The notes: generated from the letters alone by a model not told the origin. Shown: positions 28,726-40,014, counted from the first letter of the stretch. The stretch: 64,000 nt of DNA from a virus (IMGVR_UViG_3300023208_000003:133100-197099), one strand, 5' to 3'. Numbers and translations are program-made.

Positions 28726-31044
28726 ATGACAAATGAAATCTTTATAATAAAAAGAAATGGAAATCGTGAAGCTCTCAATTTAGAAAAAATGCACTTTGTC
28801 GTCGAGCAGAGCTGCGAAGGTCTAAATGGAGTTTCTGCTTCTCAAATTGAGATGACTTCAAACTTACAGTTTAAAAATGGGATGACAACTGATGAAATTC
28901 AAAATATTTTAATAAAATCTGCGTCAGATTTAATTTCATTAGAAACGCCGAATTATCAGTACGCCGCCGCTCGTCTTCTTCTTTGGTCACTTCGTAAGCA
29001 AGTATTTGGTCGCTTTGAGTACTTTTCATTGACAGAATTGCTAGAGCGAAATATTTCAGTAGGAGTTTATGATGCTGAGATTTTGAAAAAATACACTCCA
29101 ACTGAGTTAAAAAAATTAAACACCTTCATTAAGCATGAGCGTGATCTTGATTTTACCTATGCTGGATTGCAACAACTTGTTGATAAGTACCTTGTACAAG
29201 ACCGTGGAACTAAACAAATTTTTGAAACTCCACAATTTATGTTCTTGCTCGTTGCCGCTACTTTATTTGCTGAATACCCTGCCGAAACTCGTTTAAAATA
29301 CGTAAAAGACTATTATGACGCACTTTCAACTTTCAAGATTAATTTACCAACTCCTGTCTTGGCTGGGGTTCGTACGCCCATACGTCAGTTTGCTTCTTGT
29401 GTACTTATTGATGTCGGAGATTCTCTCGACTCCATTTTCAGTTCCAACACTGCTGTTGGAAAGTATATTGCTAGGCGCGCTGGTCTTGGTATAAATTTTG
29501 GCCGCATTAGAGGCATAAACTCAAAGATTAGAGATGGTGAAGTTTTACATACTGGTGTAATTCCATTTTTAAAGGTATTTGAATCTACAGTTCGTTCTTG
29601 TTCTCAAAACGGAATTCGCGGCGGCAACGGCACAATCAACTTCCCAATCTGGCATCAGGAAATTGAGGACATTATCGTTTTGAAGAACAATAAGGGAACT
29701 GAAGATTCTCGTGTTAGAAAGCTCGACTACTGCATTTCTCTTAGCAAGCTATTCTACGAACGATTTATTTCCGACGGTGAAATCAGTCTGTTCTCACCTC
29801 ATGAGGTTCCTGGACTTTATGAAGCTTTTGGAACTTCGGCTTTTGATGAGCTCTATTGTAAATATGAAAAGGATAAAAGTAAAGTAAAAAAGAAAATAAA
29901 GGCTCGTCAGCTTTTTATTGATATTCTAAAGGAGCGAATTGAAACCGGTAGAATCTATTTAATGAACATTGATCATTTTAACGATCATAGTTCATTTCTT
30001 GATAAAATTTATATGACTAATCTCTGCACAGAAATTAGTCTTCCTACCGCACCAATAAAATCCATGGATGATGAAGAAGGCGAAATTGCGCTTTGTATTC
30101 TTTCATCTTTAAATGTTGGACTTATTAAGTCTAATGAGCTTGAATATGTTTGCGAACTTGCAGTTCGCGCGCTTGACGCTCTAATTGATTATCAGGATTA
30201 TCCTGTTAAGGCTGCAGAAATCACAAAACTACGTCGTTCTCTTGGAATTGGTTTTACAGGTTTAGCTCATTATCTTGCAAAATGTAAGCGTGGTTACGAG
30301 GAAAAAGAAGCTGCAATTTTAGTTCACCGTTTAGCTGAAGCGACCCAGTATTATTTACTAAAAGCATCAAATAAGCTTGCTCAAGAAATTGGTCCTTGCG
30401 CATACTTTAATCGTACAAAATATTCTCGTGGAATTTTACCAGTTGATACTTATAAAAAAGATATCGATGCCTTAATTGGTGATGGTTACCTTGAGTTGAA
30501 TTGGGAAGAACTTCGCGATAATATTAAAAAATATGGATTAAGAAATTCGACTTTAACAGCGCAAGCGCCAGTTGAAAGTTCAAGTCTTGTTACAAATTCA
30601 ACTAATGGTATTGAACCGCCACGCGCCCTACTTTCAGTTAAAAAATCAAAGAAAGGAGTTATTAAGCAAATTGTTCCACAATTTGAAAAGTTGAAAAATC
30701 AGTATACTTTACTTTGGGAAATGAAATCAAACTCTGGTTACATTAACATTGTTGGTGCGATGCAGAAGTTTTTTGATCAAGCAATTTCTGCAAACTGGTC
30801 ATACAATCCAATGAACTATGAAAATCACGAGCTTCCTTTACAAGTAGTTATTTCAGATTGGTTTCATTCATACAAGGCAGGGTTAAAAACAAACTACTAT
30901 TTGAATATGTATGATATGAAAACAGATGATAGTATTGAAGACCAACATTTAAAAAATGTAAAATCTAATGCGGAACAAAATACTGAGCATCAACAAGAGT
31001 ACTTAACCGCTGAAGAAGAACATTGTGAATCTTGCACAATTTAA
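28726..31044 (+). CDS. nrdA: Ribonucleotide reductase class Ia alpha subunit
   Basis: ATP cone (IIKRNG), PTPVLAG, FASCVL, TNLCTEI, C-terminal CESC. Confidence 0.97.
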   Translation: MTNEIFIIKRNGNREALNLEKMHFVVEQSCEGLNGVSASQIEMTSNLQFKNGMTTDEIQNILIKSASDLISLETPNYQYAAARLLLWSLRKQVFGRFEYFSLTELLERNISVGVYDAEILKKYTPTELKKLNTFIKHERDLDFTYAGLQQLVDKYLVQDRGTKQIFETPQFMFLLVAATLFAEYPAETRLKYVKDYYDALSTFKINLPTPVLAGVRTPIRQFASCVLIDVGDSLDSIFSSNTAVGKYIARRAGLGINFGRIRGINSKIRDGEVLHTGVIPFLKVFESTVRSCSQNGIRGGNGTINFPIWHQEIEDIIVLKNNKGTEDSRVRKLDYCISLSKLFYERFISDGEISLFSPHEVPGLYEAFGTSAFDELYCKYEKDKSKVKKKIKARQLFIDILKERIETGRIYLMNIDHFNDHSSFLDKIYMTNLCTEISLPTAPIKSMDDEEGEIALCILSSLNVGLIKSNELEYVCELAVRALDALIDYQDYPVKAAEITKLRRSLGIGFTGLAHYLAKCKRGYEEKEAAILVHRLAEATQYYLLKASNKLAQEIGPCAYFNRTKYSRGILPVDTYKKDIDALIGDGYLELNWEELRDNIKKYGLRNSTLTAQAPVESSSLVTNSTNGIEPPRALLSVKKSKKGVIKQIVPQFEKLKNQYTLLWEMKSNSGYINIVGAMQKFFDQAISANWSYNPMNYENHELPLQVVISDWFHSYKAGLKTNYYLNMYDMKTDDSIEDQHLKNVKSNAEQNTEHQQEYLTAEEEHCESCTI

Positions 31045-31053
31045 GGAATAAAA

Positions 31054-32154
31054 ATGAGAACTGTTTATAATAAAGAAGTCGTAGATTTTACAAAACAACC
31101 GTTATTTTTTGGTGAAGATTTAAATATTCAGCGATATGATGTATTTAAGTATCCTGTACTTGATAAGCTTAATGAAAAAATGCAAGGTCTTTACTGGCGC
31201 CCAGTAGAGATTTCTCTTCAAAAGGACCGATCTGATTATCACGCTTTTCGTCCAGAGCAAAAGTTTATTTTCACCAAGAACTTAAGCTACCAAATTTTGC
31301 TTGATTCTGTACAAGGACGTGGACCAGAAACTATTCTTCAAACCTATTGTTCAAATCCTGAACTTGAAGGTTGTATTATTACCTGGGGATTTTTTGAAGC
31401 AATTCATTCAAGAGCTTACACTCACATTATTAAAAATGTATATCCTGATCCAGCGGTTATATTTGATGATGTTTTAAAGGATGAATATATTCAAAAGCGC
31501 GCGCAATCAGTAACAAAATACTATGACGAGTTTCTTCATGATTCAAAAAATTATGATGAACACAGAGATGAATTTAATAGACTTAAGGCTAAGCGTTCAC
31601 TAGTAAAATTAATTTACAACATTAATGCGCTAGAAGGCCTTCGTTTTTATGGCTCATTTGCAGTAACGTTCGCATTCGGCGAGCTAAAATTAGTTGAAGG
31701 TTCAGCTAAAAATATTTCATTGATTGCAAGAGATGAGATTCAGCATCTTGCCTTAACTCAACATCTTATCAAATTTTGGCAAAAAGGAGATGATTCAGAA
31801 ATCTTAGAAATTTTAAATGAATCTAATTTTGCTGAAGAAATGCGGCAAATGTATGCTGATATTTTGATGGAAGAAAAAGAGTGGAATGCTTATATGTTTA
31901 GTGAAGGCTCAATTATTGGGTGTAATGAGCGGCTTCATAATGATTATCTTGACTACATTTCAGGTCATCGTTTAAAAGCTATTGGATTAGAGCCAATTGA
32001 AAAGCAAACCCAGAATCCTTATCCTTGGACAAATCACTGGTTAAGCTCATCAGGGCTTCAAGAAGCGCCGATGGAAACGGAGAAACAATCGTATCTTATT
32101 GGAGCAATCAAGGCTGATATTGATTATGATAATTTTTCAAACTTTTCATTATAG
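31054..32154 (+). CDS. nrdB: Ribonucleotide reductase class Ia beta subunit
   Basis: WRPVEISL, LLDSVQGRG, EAIHSRAY, ALEGLRFY, RDEIQH. Confidence 0.97.
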   Translation: MRTVYNKEVVDFTKQPLFFGEDLNIQRYDVFKYPVLDKLNEKMQGLYWRPVEISLQKDRSDYHAFRPEQKFIFTKNLSYQILLDSVQGRGPETILQTYCSNPELEGCIITWGFFEAIHSRAYTHIIKNVYPDPAVIFDDVLKDEYIQKRAQSVTKYYDEFLHDSKNYDEHRDEFNRLKAKRSLVKLIYNINALEGLRFYGSFAVTFAFGELKLVEGSAKNISLIARDEIQHLALTQHLIKFWQKGDDSEILEILNESNFAEEMRQMYADILMEEKEWNAYMFSEGSIIGCNERLHNDYLDYISGHRLKAIGLEPIEKQTQNPYPWTNHWLSSSGLQEAPMETEKQSYLIGAIKADIDYDNFSNFSL

Positions 32155-32183
32155 AAACTGATTTAGAAAACTATAAATACAGT

Positions 32184-32984
32184 ATGTTTAATTTTTGCAT
32201 GCTCTATTTTATGGAACCTTTATTTGTATATTTTGTTTATGGGTTAATTGATAAAAGAACCGATTTACCCTTTTATATTGGCAAAGGAAAACACGATAGA
32301 CCATTTCAACATTTTGCACCACAATCGATAAAGCGTGATAAAAAAAGAAATTCTCGAAAATTAAATAAAATTTTAAAATTACAATCATTAGGTTTTGAAA
32401 TTCCAATTGTTTATTACGCATATTTTATTAATGAGCAAGACGCTTATGATTATGAGACTCAACTAATAATTCAATATGGAAGAAAAGGTATAGATGAGAA
32501 TGGTATTCTTACAAATTTTTGTTTAGGAGCAAAACCTCCTTCTTTTAAAGGAAAAACGTTAGCTGAAATTATTGGACCTGGGTGGGAAGAAAAAGTAGAA
32601 GCTCGTCGTCAAAAGCAATTAGCTCGTGGTGGATATGGGCCTAAAAAACATAGCGAAGAAACTAAAAGAAAAATAAGTGAAAAAATGTCTGGCACGAATA
32701 ATCCAATGTATGGAAGAGAAAAATCAGAAAACTTTATAAAAATAATGAAAGAAAAGATGTCAATAAAAAGTGCTGGTGCTAACAATCCTATGGCAAAAAC
32801 ATATGAAATTATTACTCCAAATAATGAACATTTTTTTATAACAGGTAACCTTAAAAACTTTTGTAATGATAATAATTTATTTTATGGAACTATGAAAGGG
32901 ATGATTGATAAAAATAGGACTGCTAGATTTGGTAATTGTAAAGGTTGGTATATTAATGAAGTGTCGTCCAGCAAAAAAAGATGA
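32184..32984 (+). mobile_element. GIY-YIG homing endonuclease with NUMOD3-like repeats
   Basis: FVYGLID...FYIGKGK, HSEETKRKISEKMSG..NPMYG. Confidence 0.85.
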
Positions 32985-33336
32985 TATTGGCTTTAATGAA
33001 ATAGTAGAATTTTTGAATTTACAAAAATCATATTTTCATTATTTAAAAACTGGTAAATTTCCAGAAAATGAATGTCATAAAAATGTTGAAAATTATATTT
33101 TAGAAAATAATGCTTATAAAGTTATTGGATATAATTTAATTCACGTAGAAGATAAACGTCTATACGCAATTTTTCATTCTGTAGTTTCAAAAGCTAATAT
33201 ATTATTTGATATTACGAAAAATTTTCTACCAAAAATATTATTTGCAGAATGTACTAATAATATAAAAATTTATTCAGCAGTAGAATATAAAAATGGAATA
33301 ATAACGCCAATTGATTATAAGCAAATAATTTTATAA
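32956..33336 (+). CDS. Hypothetical protein
   Basis: AT-rich ORF. Confidence 0.5.
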   Translation: MKCRPAKKDDIGFNEIVEFLNLQKSYFHYLKTGKFPENECHKNVENYILENNAYKVIGYNLIHVEDKRLYAIFHSVVSKANILFDITKNFLPKILFAECTNNIKIYSAVEYKNGIITPIDYKQIIL

Positions 33337-33348
33337 TGGAGAATACTT

Positions 33349-33636
33349 ATGAAATACGATTTCAACATTCAATTGAAAAATAGAAAACCGATTTCTGAAA
33401 AAGATGTTCAGAATATAAAGGCAACAATTATTGAAAATGGTGATGGCTTTACAAATGTTGATGCGATTATTCCTAATGAGACTAGAATAGTTCACGCGCT
33501 AGTTATTCGACCAGGAACGTATGAAAAATTAGTAACGATATTTGAAGAGAATATACCATCATTTTTAGTCAGACATGAATTTGTTGAATTAAAAAACCCA
33601 CCGAATAATTATTTACCAGTTTTTAGGAGAATTTAA
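33349..33636 (+). CDS. Hypothetical protein
   Basis: SD GGAG upstream. Confidence 0.6.
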   Translation: MKYDFNIQLKNRKPISEKDVQNIKATIIENGDGFTNVDAIIPNETRIVHALVIRPGTYEKLVTIFEENIPSFLVRHEFVELKNPPNNYLPVFRRI

Positions 33637-33887
33637 TGCACGCTATAATTTATTCAAAAGAAAATTGTCCATATTGCGATAAAGCGAAATACCTTTTAGA
33701 AACAAAAGGTATTGAATATATTCAATACCTGCTTGACTATGGACAGTTAAAGAATCCAGGAGTTATTTATTATACGCGTAATGAACTTTTAAAGGCTGCT
33801 CCAGATGCTCGTTCTGTTCCACAAATTTTCATAAACGATAACCACATTGGCGGTTATACGCAATTAGAGCAATTTCTAAATAAATAG
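33636..33887 (+). CDS. Glutaredoxin
   Basis: CPYC, RSVPQIFI, IGGY. Confidence 0.92.
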   Translation: MHAIIYSKENCPYCDKAKYLLETKGIEYIQYLLDYGQLKNPGVIYYTRNELLKAAPDARSVPQIFINDNHIGGYTQLEQFLNK

Positions 33888-33897
33888 TTACATAATA

Positions 33898-33920
33898 GAG
33901 ACGGTGCTGAGCACCGTCTC
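33898..33920 (+). terminator. Hairpin after glutaredoxin
   Basis: GAGACGGTGC-TGA-GCACCGTCTC. Confidence 0.6.
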
Positions 33921-33938
33921 TCATACTTATAACACCAT

Positions 33939-34367
33939 ATGTTCAAATTTTTTGAGAGTTATAAGTATATGTGGCACGACTTTATAAACAGTCTTTTGGA
34001 TCAGATTTTATCAAGCCATTTTTGGTCGTCATTATTCATTCTTCTTTTCTTCACTTTATTAATTTATGGCATTCAGCGCGCCGATAGTCTTGAATGGTCG
34101 GATTTAATAACAGCTAAAGGAACCAATCGAGTATCTCTTACAAAACTTCTCCAATTTATTGGAGGTATCGTTGGAACCTGGGTTATTATTCGAATGACTA
34201 TTTTTGAAAAACTTACATGGGATATGTTCGCTACATATCTTACTTATGTTGCCTCAAGTGAAGGCTTTAGTAAATTTATCGCTGCTAAATATGGGGTAAA
34301 AATTGAAAATAAGGAAAAAGAAAATGATGAACCACCTTCACCAAAGAAGATTTTTGGAGTTTTTTGA
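33939..34367 (+). CDS. Multi-pass membrane protein (holin-like candidate)
   Basis: Two to three hydrophobic segments and a charged C-terminus. Confidence 0.5.
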   Translation: MFKFFESYKYMWHDFINSLLDQILSSHFWSSLFILLFFTLLIYGIQRADSLEWSDLITAKGTNRVSLTKLLQFIGGIVGTWVIIRMTIFEKLTWDMFATYLTYVASSEGFSKFIAAKYGVKIENKEKENDEPPSPKKIFGVF

Positions 34368-34431
34368 GCTTTAGTCTAATAAAATCATTTCAAATAATAA
34401 ATAAGAAAAACATCTTAACTGAGGACGTGAA

Positions 34432-37400
34432 ATGATTTTACAGTTTCGTCACGGTGTTCTTAATGCACCACAAGACAATTTAGGCAACTTTAGTTCGCTG
34501 CGCTTGAGCTCTGATCCTACTCGTGTAGATTTAAGCACATCTAATGGGCCACTCTATATTACGATAGCTCATGGTACATCAAATTATATTATTGAATTTA
34601 ATAAAACAATTCAAAAGGCCTGGGGTCCATTACCAGCAAATGCGGATTTGTATGTTGAAATCAGTCAAATAACTGGTCAGCCATCGTTTACATTTTCAAC
34701 TTTACCATTTTTAGTTCAACATGGTGTGCCAGCTACAGCCGGTGTTGGTCAAACAGTTTTTGATCTTGACGCTAACGTAGTTAAAGAGTGGGATGGTAAT
34801 CGTTGGATAACAAAACTTAAAGTTTTAGTTGGTTCAAAAGCTGGTTATAACATCACGTCTTATCCGGTAGGAAGTCAAGTTTCAATTAATGGTAATTTTG
34901 AGGGCGGCTTTATCATTGCAGATGGTGATGGTAAACCAGTTAGACGCCCTAATGGTGAGCTTTTAACTTCTGACGTTGATCTCAAACTTATAGGTAGTCA
35001 ACAGCAAAGTAACATTAAGATTGATAGTACGATCTTTTTGGTAACAGCAATTGAACCAATTCCAGCATTCTCTGTTGTAGCGTTTGGCGGTCCTGATCAA
35101 ATAAAGCTTGCGCAAAATGATCCTGTTTTAGGTGCTACGCCTATTGGTTTCTGTATTGAACCTGTTTATGTTAATGAACCTACCACCATTATTCTTAGTG
35201 GTCGTATTGTTCATAACCCAAATTGGAATTTTGATATTTCTGATGCAGGGAAAACACTGTACCTTACAGCAAATGGGCAGTTTTCTACAGTAAGACCACA
35301 ACGTGACGTTTGGCATATTGGTTCAATTTTAAATCCTACAACAATTCTTTTTCAAATAGATAGAGAAGCATCCGCACCTGTAACAGCTTCATCAACAGGC
35401 ATCACTTCAGTAAGTGCAGTTGCTCCACTCGCAGCAAGCACTTCTTCAGGTGCAGTGCTAGTAGCAATTGGTGAAGCAAGCGCCAGCCAAGGCGGGTACA
35501 TGAGTGAGACTGTTTTTCAAACAGTAGAAAGTACAGCAGCTAACTTAGCACTTGAAATTCAAACTCGCGATAATCAAGTTCAATCTATTTTAAGTTCATT
35601 AACAGCTGAAATTCAAAATAGAATAAGCGCAGATTTATTAAAAGCTGATATAAATCATGTTCATGATATTTTAGATATAACCGGTTTACAAGCTGTTCTT
35701 GATAACAAGACAGATATCGGCCATCTTCATGACATGACAGATATCAATGGATTAATTGCTGAACTAAACAATAAATCAAATATTTCACATGTTCATAACT
35801 GGTTTGATTTAATTAATATTCCAACTGTTGCCGCCGGCTGGTTAACAGATGTTTCATTAATTGGTCACACACATCATATCGCTGATATTGTTGATTTTCC
35901 AACATCATGGGACTGGATACATATTTCAAATACGCCAACAACTTGGCAGGCATATGGAATTACAAATGTTGCCGATATAAATCATACACATCATGTTGCT
36001 AATATTGTTGATTTTCCAAGCGTGTGGGACTGGGCTAACATCATAAATACTCCTACCACACTTGCTGGTTATGGAATATCACCATCAGAGCTTGTGCATA
36101 ATCACCCGTGGTTAGAGATAGTTAACACTCCTACCACACTTGCTGGTTATGGAATAAATGACGCTGCACTAGCAAATCATACTCACGGGCTTTTAAATCT
36201 AACAGATGTTCAGTTTTTAACTTTACCAGCTAATGGTGACTTGTTAAAATTCAACGGAATTACTAATAAGTGGGAAAATTCACCGCACGCTGTAGCAATT
36301 AACTCAAATTTAGGTGGTGTTCAAATAACCACTCCAGTTAATGGACAAATTTTAACTTATGATTTAAGTGGAAACTGGGTAAATGCAAATCTTCCAGCGC
36401 TTCCAACAAATTGGGACTGGGCTAATGTCGTAAACACGCCAAGCAATCTTGCCGGTTACGGAATAAATGACGCGGTTTCACTAACAACATTTAATGCGCA
36501 CAATCACGCTCTTTCGCAACTTTCTGATGTAATAAATTCTACTCCTGGTAGAATTCCTGGTGATGTTTTGAAATGGGATGGTTCTCAGTGGGTAAATCAA
36601 CAGTTGCCAGTTCAAGTTAATTCATTACCGTGGACAAGTATAACTGCGAAGCCGTCGACAATTAGTGGTTTCGCAATTACTGACGCGTACACAATGTCAC
36701 AAGTTGATTCACTGCTTAGCAACAAGTCAAATGTTGGACATATTCATTCACTTGCATCATCAAGTGATGTCACTATAGCGTCACCATCAGCTACACAGTA
36801 TCTCGCCTTTAATGGAACAACTTGGGCTAACACTCCATTTCCAACAACTTGGGCCTGGTCTAATATTACTGGCGCTCCAACAACTTGGGCCTGGTCTAAT
36901 ATTACTGGCGCTCCAACGTCACTTGTCGGGTACGGTATTATTGATGCTTATACCGCAACACAGGTTGATACTCTACTAAGTGGTAAAGCTGCGACAGCAC
37001 ACACACACGCTCTTAGTTCGTTAACTGATACTGTAATTTCGACACCAAGTGTAGATGAGTTTTTGAAATTTAATGGAACTGTTTGGGTAAATAGCCCACT
37101 TACCACTACTGTTAATTGGTCAAATATTATTGGCACTCCTACCACTCTTGCTGGTTATAATATCAGTGACGCGATTGCGACAACTGAAAAAGGTATTGTA
37201 AACGGAGTTGCATCTCTTGATGCAACTGGAAAAGTTCCATCAATTCAACTTCCAGCAATCGCAATAGTTGATACTTTTGTAGTTACAGATCAAACTCAGA
37301 TGCTTGCCCTTACAGCACAGACAGGTGACGTTGCAATTAGAAGTGATCTAAACAAAAGTTTTATTTTGCAAGGAACTGATCCTTCATTGTTATCAGATTG

Positions 37401-38619
37401 GCAGGAGCTTTTAACTCCAACTGATTTAGTGCTTTCAGTAAATGGCCAAGTTGGCGCGGTTAGCATCACTGATATTACTGGAAACGCAGGTACCGCTTCC
37501 AATGTAAATTGGTCAGGAGTTTTAAATGCTCCTACCACACTTGCTGGTTATAACATCAGTGACTCTTATGACATTACGCAGATCAATAACTTGCTTGCTG
37601 GTAAAGCAAATGTTTCGCACAGTCACGCTATTGCTGATTTAACTGATGTTAATATTGGAACGCTAACTGTTTTAAATAACGATGAAGCGTTAGTTTTCAA
37701 TGGAACAACATTAAAATGGGAGGCCGGCCAAAAGTTCTTAAACCTTAACGGTGGAACAATGACTGGCGATATCAATGTTAATAATAATATCGTCGAAAAG
37801 GCGATTTTAAAAAGCTACAGTGAACCTACTGTTAATGTTAGTATTCAAGGAACGTATGACATTGACCTTTCACAAGGTAACACACATGTTGTTACAATGA
37901 CAGATAACACCGCGTTTACAATTTCAAACTTTGTTCCGGGGACATTCACATCATCGGTTACACTTGTTCTTATTCAAAACGCTTCAGGTAACAATATACC
38001 GTCATTTCCTTCTACTTTTAAATGGGCAAATGGAACATTACCTACCTTTAGTATGACTCCTGGCGGTATTGATGTTCTTACTATTATTACAACTGACGGC
38101 GGCGCAACATGGTTAGCATTTGTTGCAGGAGCAGATATGAAATTTATTCCATTAATTGCATACTGGTGGTTAACAACTACTACTGGTGGTTGGGCATTAA
38201 CAGGAAATGATACTGTGACGGTTCCTACTGGGGCTGGAGGCGGAGTCGCTTTACGAGCTGAACTTATTTCACAGCACAATTTCTATATCTCTTCATTACA
38301 AAGCATTCAGCCATCAGCTCTTAAATTTGACTTTATTTTAGATGCTCCTTATGATGGAACATCATTTTTACAACAGACAATTGCTATTGCAACTCAAAAC
38401 GGAACTGCTGTTACCACTGACAATGTCAATCTTGACATGAGCACAGGTTTAAATGCAGGTGATACAACAGGTTCAATAACTGTTCCATTAAATTGGACTG
38501 GAGCTCCACCTACTGATGGGCTAATGTCAATTACTTTCGTTGTTCAACCATATGACTGGTATAGCTTTAGTATGAAAATATCTGGTATAGGTGGAAATAT
38601 AAAATTCTGGCAGCAGTAA
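34432..38619 (+). CDS. Large tail fibre / virion structural protein with internal repeats
   Basis: 1395 aa; repeated W..I..TPTTLAGYGI and H.H...DI/LSDV units; C-terminal YDIDLSQGN...FTWPxG-type domain. Confidence 0.75.
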   Translation: MILQFRHGVLNAPQDNLGNFSSLRLSSDPTRVDLSTSNGPLYITIAHGTSNYIIEFNKTIQKAWGPLPANADLYVEISQITGQPSFTFSTLPFLVQHGVPATAGVGQTVFDLDANVVKEWDGNRWITKLKVLVGSKAGYNITSYPVGSQVSINGNFEGGFIIADGDGKPVRRPNGELLTSDVDLKLIGSQQQSNIKIDSTIFLVTAIEPIPAFSVVAFGGPDQIKLAQNDPVLGATPIGFCIEPVYVNEPTTIILSGRIVHNPNWNFDISDAGKTLYLTANGQFSTVRPQRDVWHIGSILNPTTILFQIDREASAPVTASSTGITSVSAVAPLAASTSSGAVLVAIGEASASQGGYMSETVFQTVESTAANLALEIQTRDNQVQSILSSLTAEIQNRISADLLKADINHVHDILDITGLQAVLDNKTDIGHLHDMTDINGLIAELNNKSNISHVHNWFDLINIPTVAAGWLTDVSLIGHTHHIADIVDFPTSWDWIHISNTPTTWQAYGITNVADINHTHHVANIVDFPSVWDWANIINTPTTLAGYGISPSELVHNHPWLEIVNTPTTLAGYGINDAALANHTHGLLNLTDVQFLTLPANGDLLKFNGITNKWENSPHAVAINSNLGGVQITTPVNGQILTYDLSGNWVNANLPALPTNWDWANVVNTPSNLAGYGINDAVSLTTFNAHNHALSQLSDVINSTPGRIPGDVLKWDGSQWVNQQLPVQVNSLPWTSITAKPSTISGFAITDAYTMSQVDSLLSNKSNVGHIHSLASSSDVTIASPSATQYLAFNGTTWANTPFPTTWAWSNITGAPTTWAWSNITGAPTSLVGYGIIDAYTATQVDTLLSGKAATAHTHALSSLTDTVISTPSVDEFLKFNGTVWVNSPLTTTVNWSNIIGTPTTLAGYNISDAIATTEKGIVNGVASLDATGKVPSIQLPAIAIVDTFVVTDQTQMLALTAQTGDVAIRSDLNKSFILQGTDPSLLSDWQELLTPTDLVLSVNGQVGAVSITDITGNAGTASNVNWSGVLNAPTTLAGYNISDSYDITQINNLLAGKANVSHSHAIADLTDVNIGTLTVLNNDEALVFNGTTLKWEAGQKFLNLNGGTMTGDINVNNNIVEKAILKSYSEPTVNVSIQGTYDIDLSQGNTHVVTMTDNTAFTISNFVPGTFTSSVTLVLIQNASGNNIPSFPSTFKWANGTLPTFSMTPGGIDVLTIITTDGGATWLAFVAGADMKFIPLIAYWWLTTTTGGWALTGNDTVTVPTGAGGGVALRAELISQHNFYISSLQSIQPSALKFDFILDAPYDGTSFLQQTIAIATQNGTAVTTDNVNLDMSTGLNAGDTTGSITVPLNWTGAPPTDGLMSITFVVQPYDWYSFSMKISGIGGNIKFWQQ
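36841..36917 (+). repeat. Perfect 36-bp tandem duplication (PTTWAWSNITGA x2)
   Basis: CCAACAACTTGGGCCTGGTCTAATATTACTGGCGCT twice, plus CCAAC. Confidence 0.9.
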
Positions 38620-38681
38620 AATTCATTGTACTTTTTTAGATGTTGTGCTATAATATAATTATCAACTAAAGAGCAAAAACG

Positions 38682-39548
38682 ATGGCTACTAAAATTGTTG
38701 AACAACTACAAGCTCTCGCAAACAAAACAGCGTCAATTCACAATGTTGACGCTGTTTTGTTTTTTAAAGCATTGACTTCCTTATTAAAAGTTAAAGTATG
38801 TCCCCGATGCGGTGGCAGTGGTCATTACTCTTACAGTAACTGGTATCATAGTTCAGTTTGCTTCAAGTGTAACGGTTACGGTCATATAGGTTTTGTTCCT
38901 TCATTGAATGAAGTAGAGGTTTTTGTGGTAAATGAGGAACAAAAGATTTTGAAAAAAATTAAATCTTTACAAGTAGCAAATGATCGTAAGACTGCGAAAG
39001 TTCAAGAGAAGCGCAATGCGGTTCTTGAGGCTTTGAAGCAAAAACAAAAAGCTACTCTTGCAAATTTGAGTTGCTATCATCGTGAACTTTTTTTACAAGC
39101 TATTGATTCTGAAACTGCTAGTGTATTTGTACGTGATATTGGTTTAAAATATCACATGTATGGAACGCTTTCTGAAAAGCAAGTAGCAGCAGTCATAAAA
39201 AACGCTGAAGCAGTTATTAACGAAGCTGAAAATCCGACAGAATATCCTGAAACACACATTAAACAAAATTACGAATTTCAAGGCGTAGTTTCAAGCGTAA
39301 AAGAAAAAGCAAATGATTTTGGATGTTTTTTCCAAGTTAATTTAAAGCTTACTGATGGTCGCTTCGTAACTTTTAAAGCAAAAAATTATGATGATGTTTT
39401 AGAAATTTTTAATCCTGCAAAAGAAAATAAAATTCAAATAAAAGTTACAGGAACTGTAAAATGGGTATCAGATGATAAAAAGCTTATTTCACTTTCTACG
39501 AGATCAACTCGGTATAACCAAGAAGCAGGCAGCGCTGCAGCAGCGTAA
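38682..39548 (+). CDS. Hypothetical protein with DnaJ-like zinc finger
   Basis: CPRCGGSG...CFKCNGYG; early promoter at 38626-38654. Confidence 0.7.
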   Translation: MATKIVEQLQALANKTASIHNVDAVLFFKALTSLLKVKVCPRCGGSGHYSYSNWYHSSVCFKCNGYGHIGFVPSLNEVEVFVVNEEQKILKKIKSLQVANDRKTAKVQEKRNAVLEALKQKQKATLANLSCYHRELFLQAIDSETASVFVRDIGLKYHMYGTLSEKQVAAVIKNAEAVINEAENPTEYPETHIKQNYEFQGVVSSVKEKANDFGCFFQVNLKLTDGRFVTFKAKNYDDVLEIFNPAKENKIQIKVTGTVKWVSDDKKLISLSTRSTRYNQEAGSAAAA

Positions 39549-40014
39549 GCAAGAAACTCTTGATAAAATTTTCATTGAGCAAGTTTGTAATTTTACTAAA
39601 CTTTCACATTGTGTGTCACAACAGGTAGCATGTTTTTTTGTAGTTGACAATCGAATTGTTGCTACAGGCATCAACGGTACCGTTGCTGGTGAAATTAATT
39701 GTGATGAAATATTTACAAGAGAAGGGTTTGACCCAGCTGCTCATCGAGCTTGGTCAGACGTTCATGAAATTCACGCTGAGCTAAATGCATTAATTTGGGC
39801 AGCCCGCCGCGGAATTAGTCTTGAAGGAGCAACTGTGTATAGTTCGCTTCAACCTTGTTCGCAATGTCTAAAAAATTTAATTCCGCTTAAGGTAAAGCGG
39901 ATTGTTTTTGCGCGATATTATAATCGAGTTACGAACAATGACGAAGTTATTCAGCGTCTAATTGACAATGGGATTGAATATAAATGGTGTCCTATAGACC
40001 CGATGGAAAAATAA
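39472..40014 (+). CDS. dCMP deaminase
   Basis: IVATGINGT, HAELNAL, PCSQC. Confidence 0.88.
   Translation: MIKSLFHFLRDQLGITKKQAALQQRKQETLDKIFIEQVCNFTKLSHCVSQQVACFFVVDNRIVATGINGTVAGEINCDEIFTREGFDPAAHRAWSDVHEIHAELNALIWAARRGISLEGATVYSSLQPCSQCLKNLIPLKVKRIVFARYYNRVTNNDEVIQRLIDNGIEYKWCPIDPMEK

Noticed and set aside
28034-29101. Minus-strand ORFs 28034..28264 and 28871..29101, and similar short antisense ORFs elsewhere
   Set aside because: They lie opposite well-supported genes and lack RBS or motifs.
39472-40014. Deaminase as a TadA for the A34 tRNA-Leu
   Set aside because: The sequence pattern (ATGINGT, HAELNAL, location among nucleotide genes) fits dCMP deaminase better.
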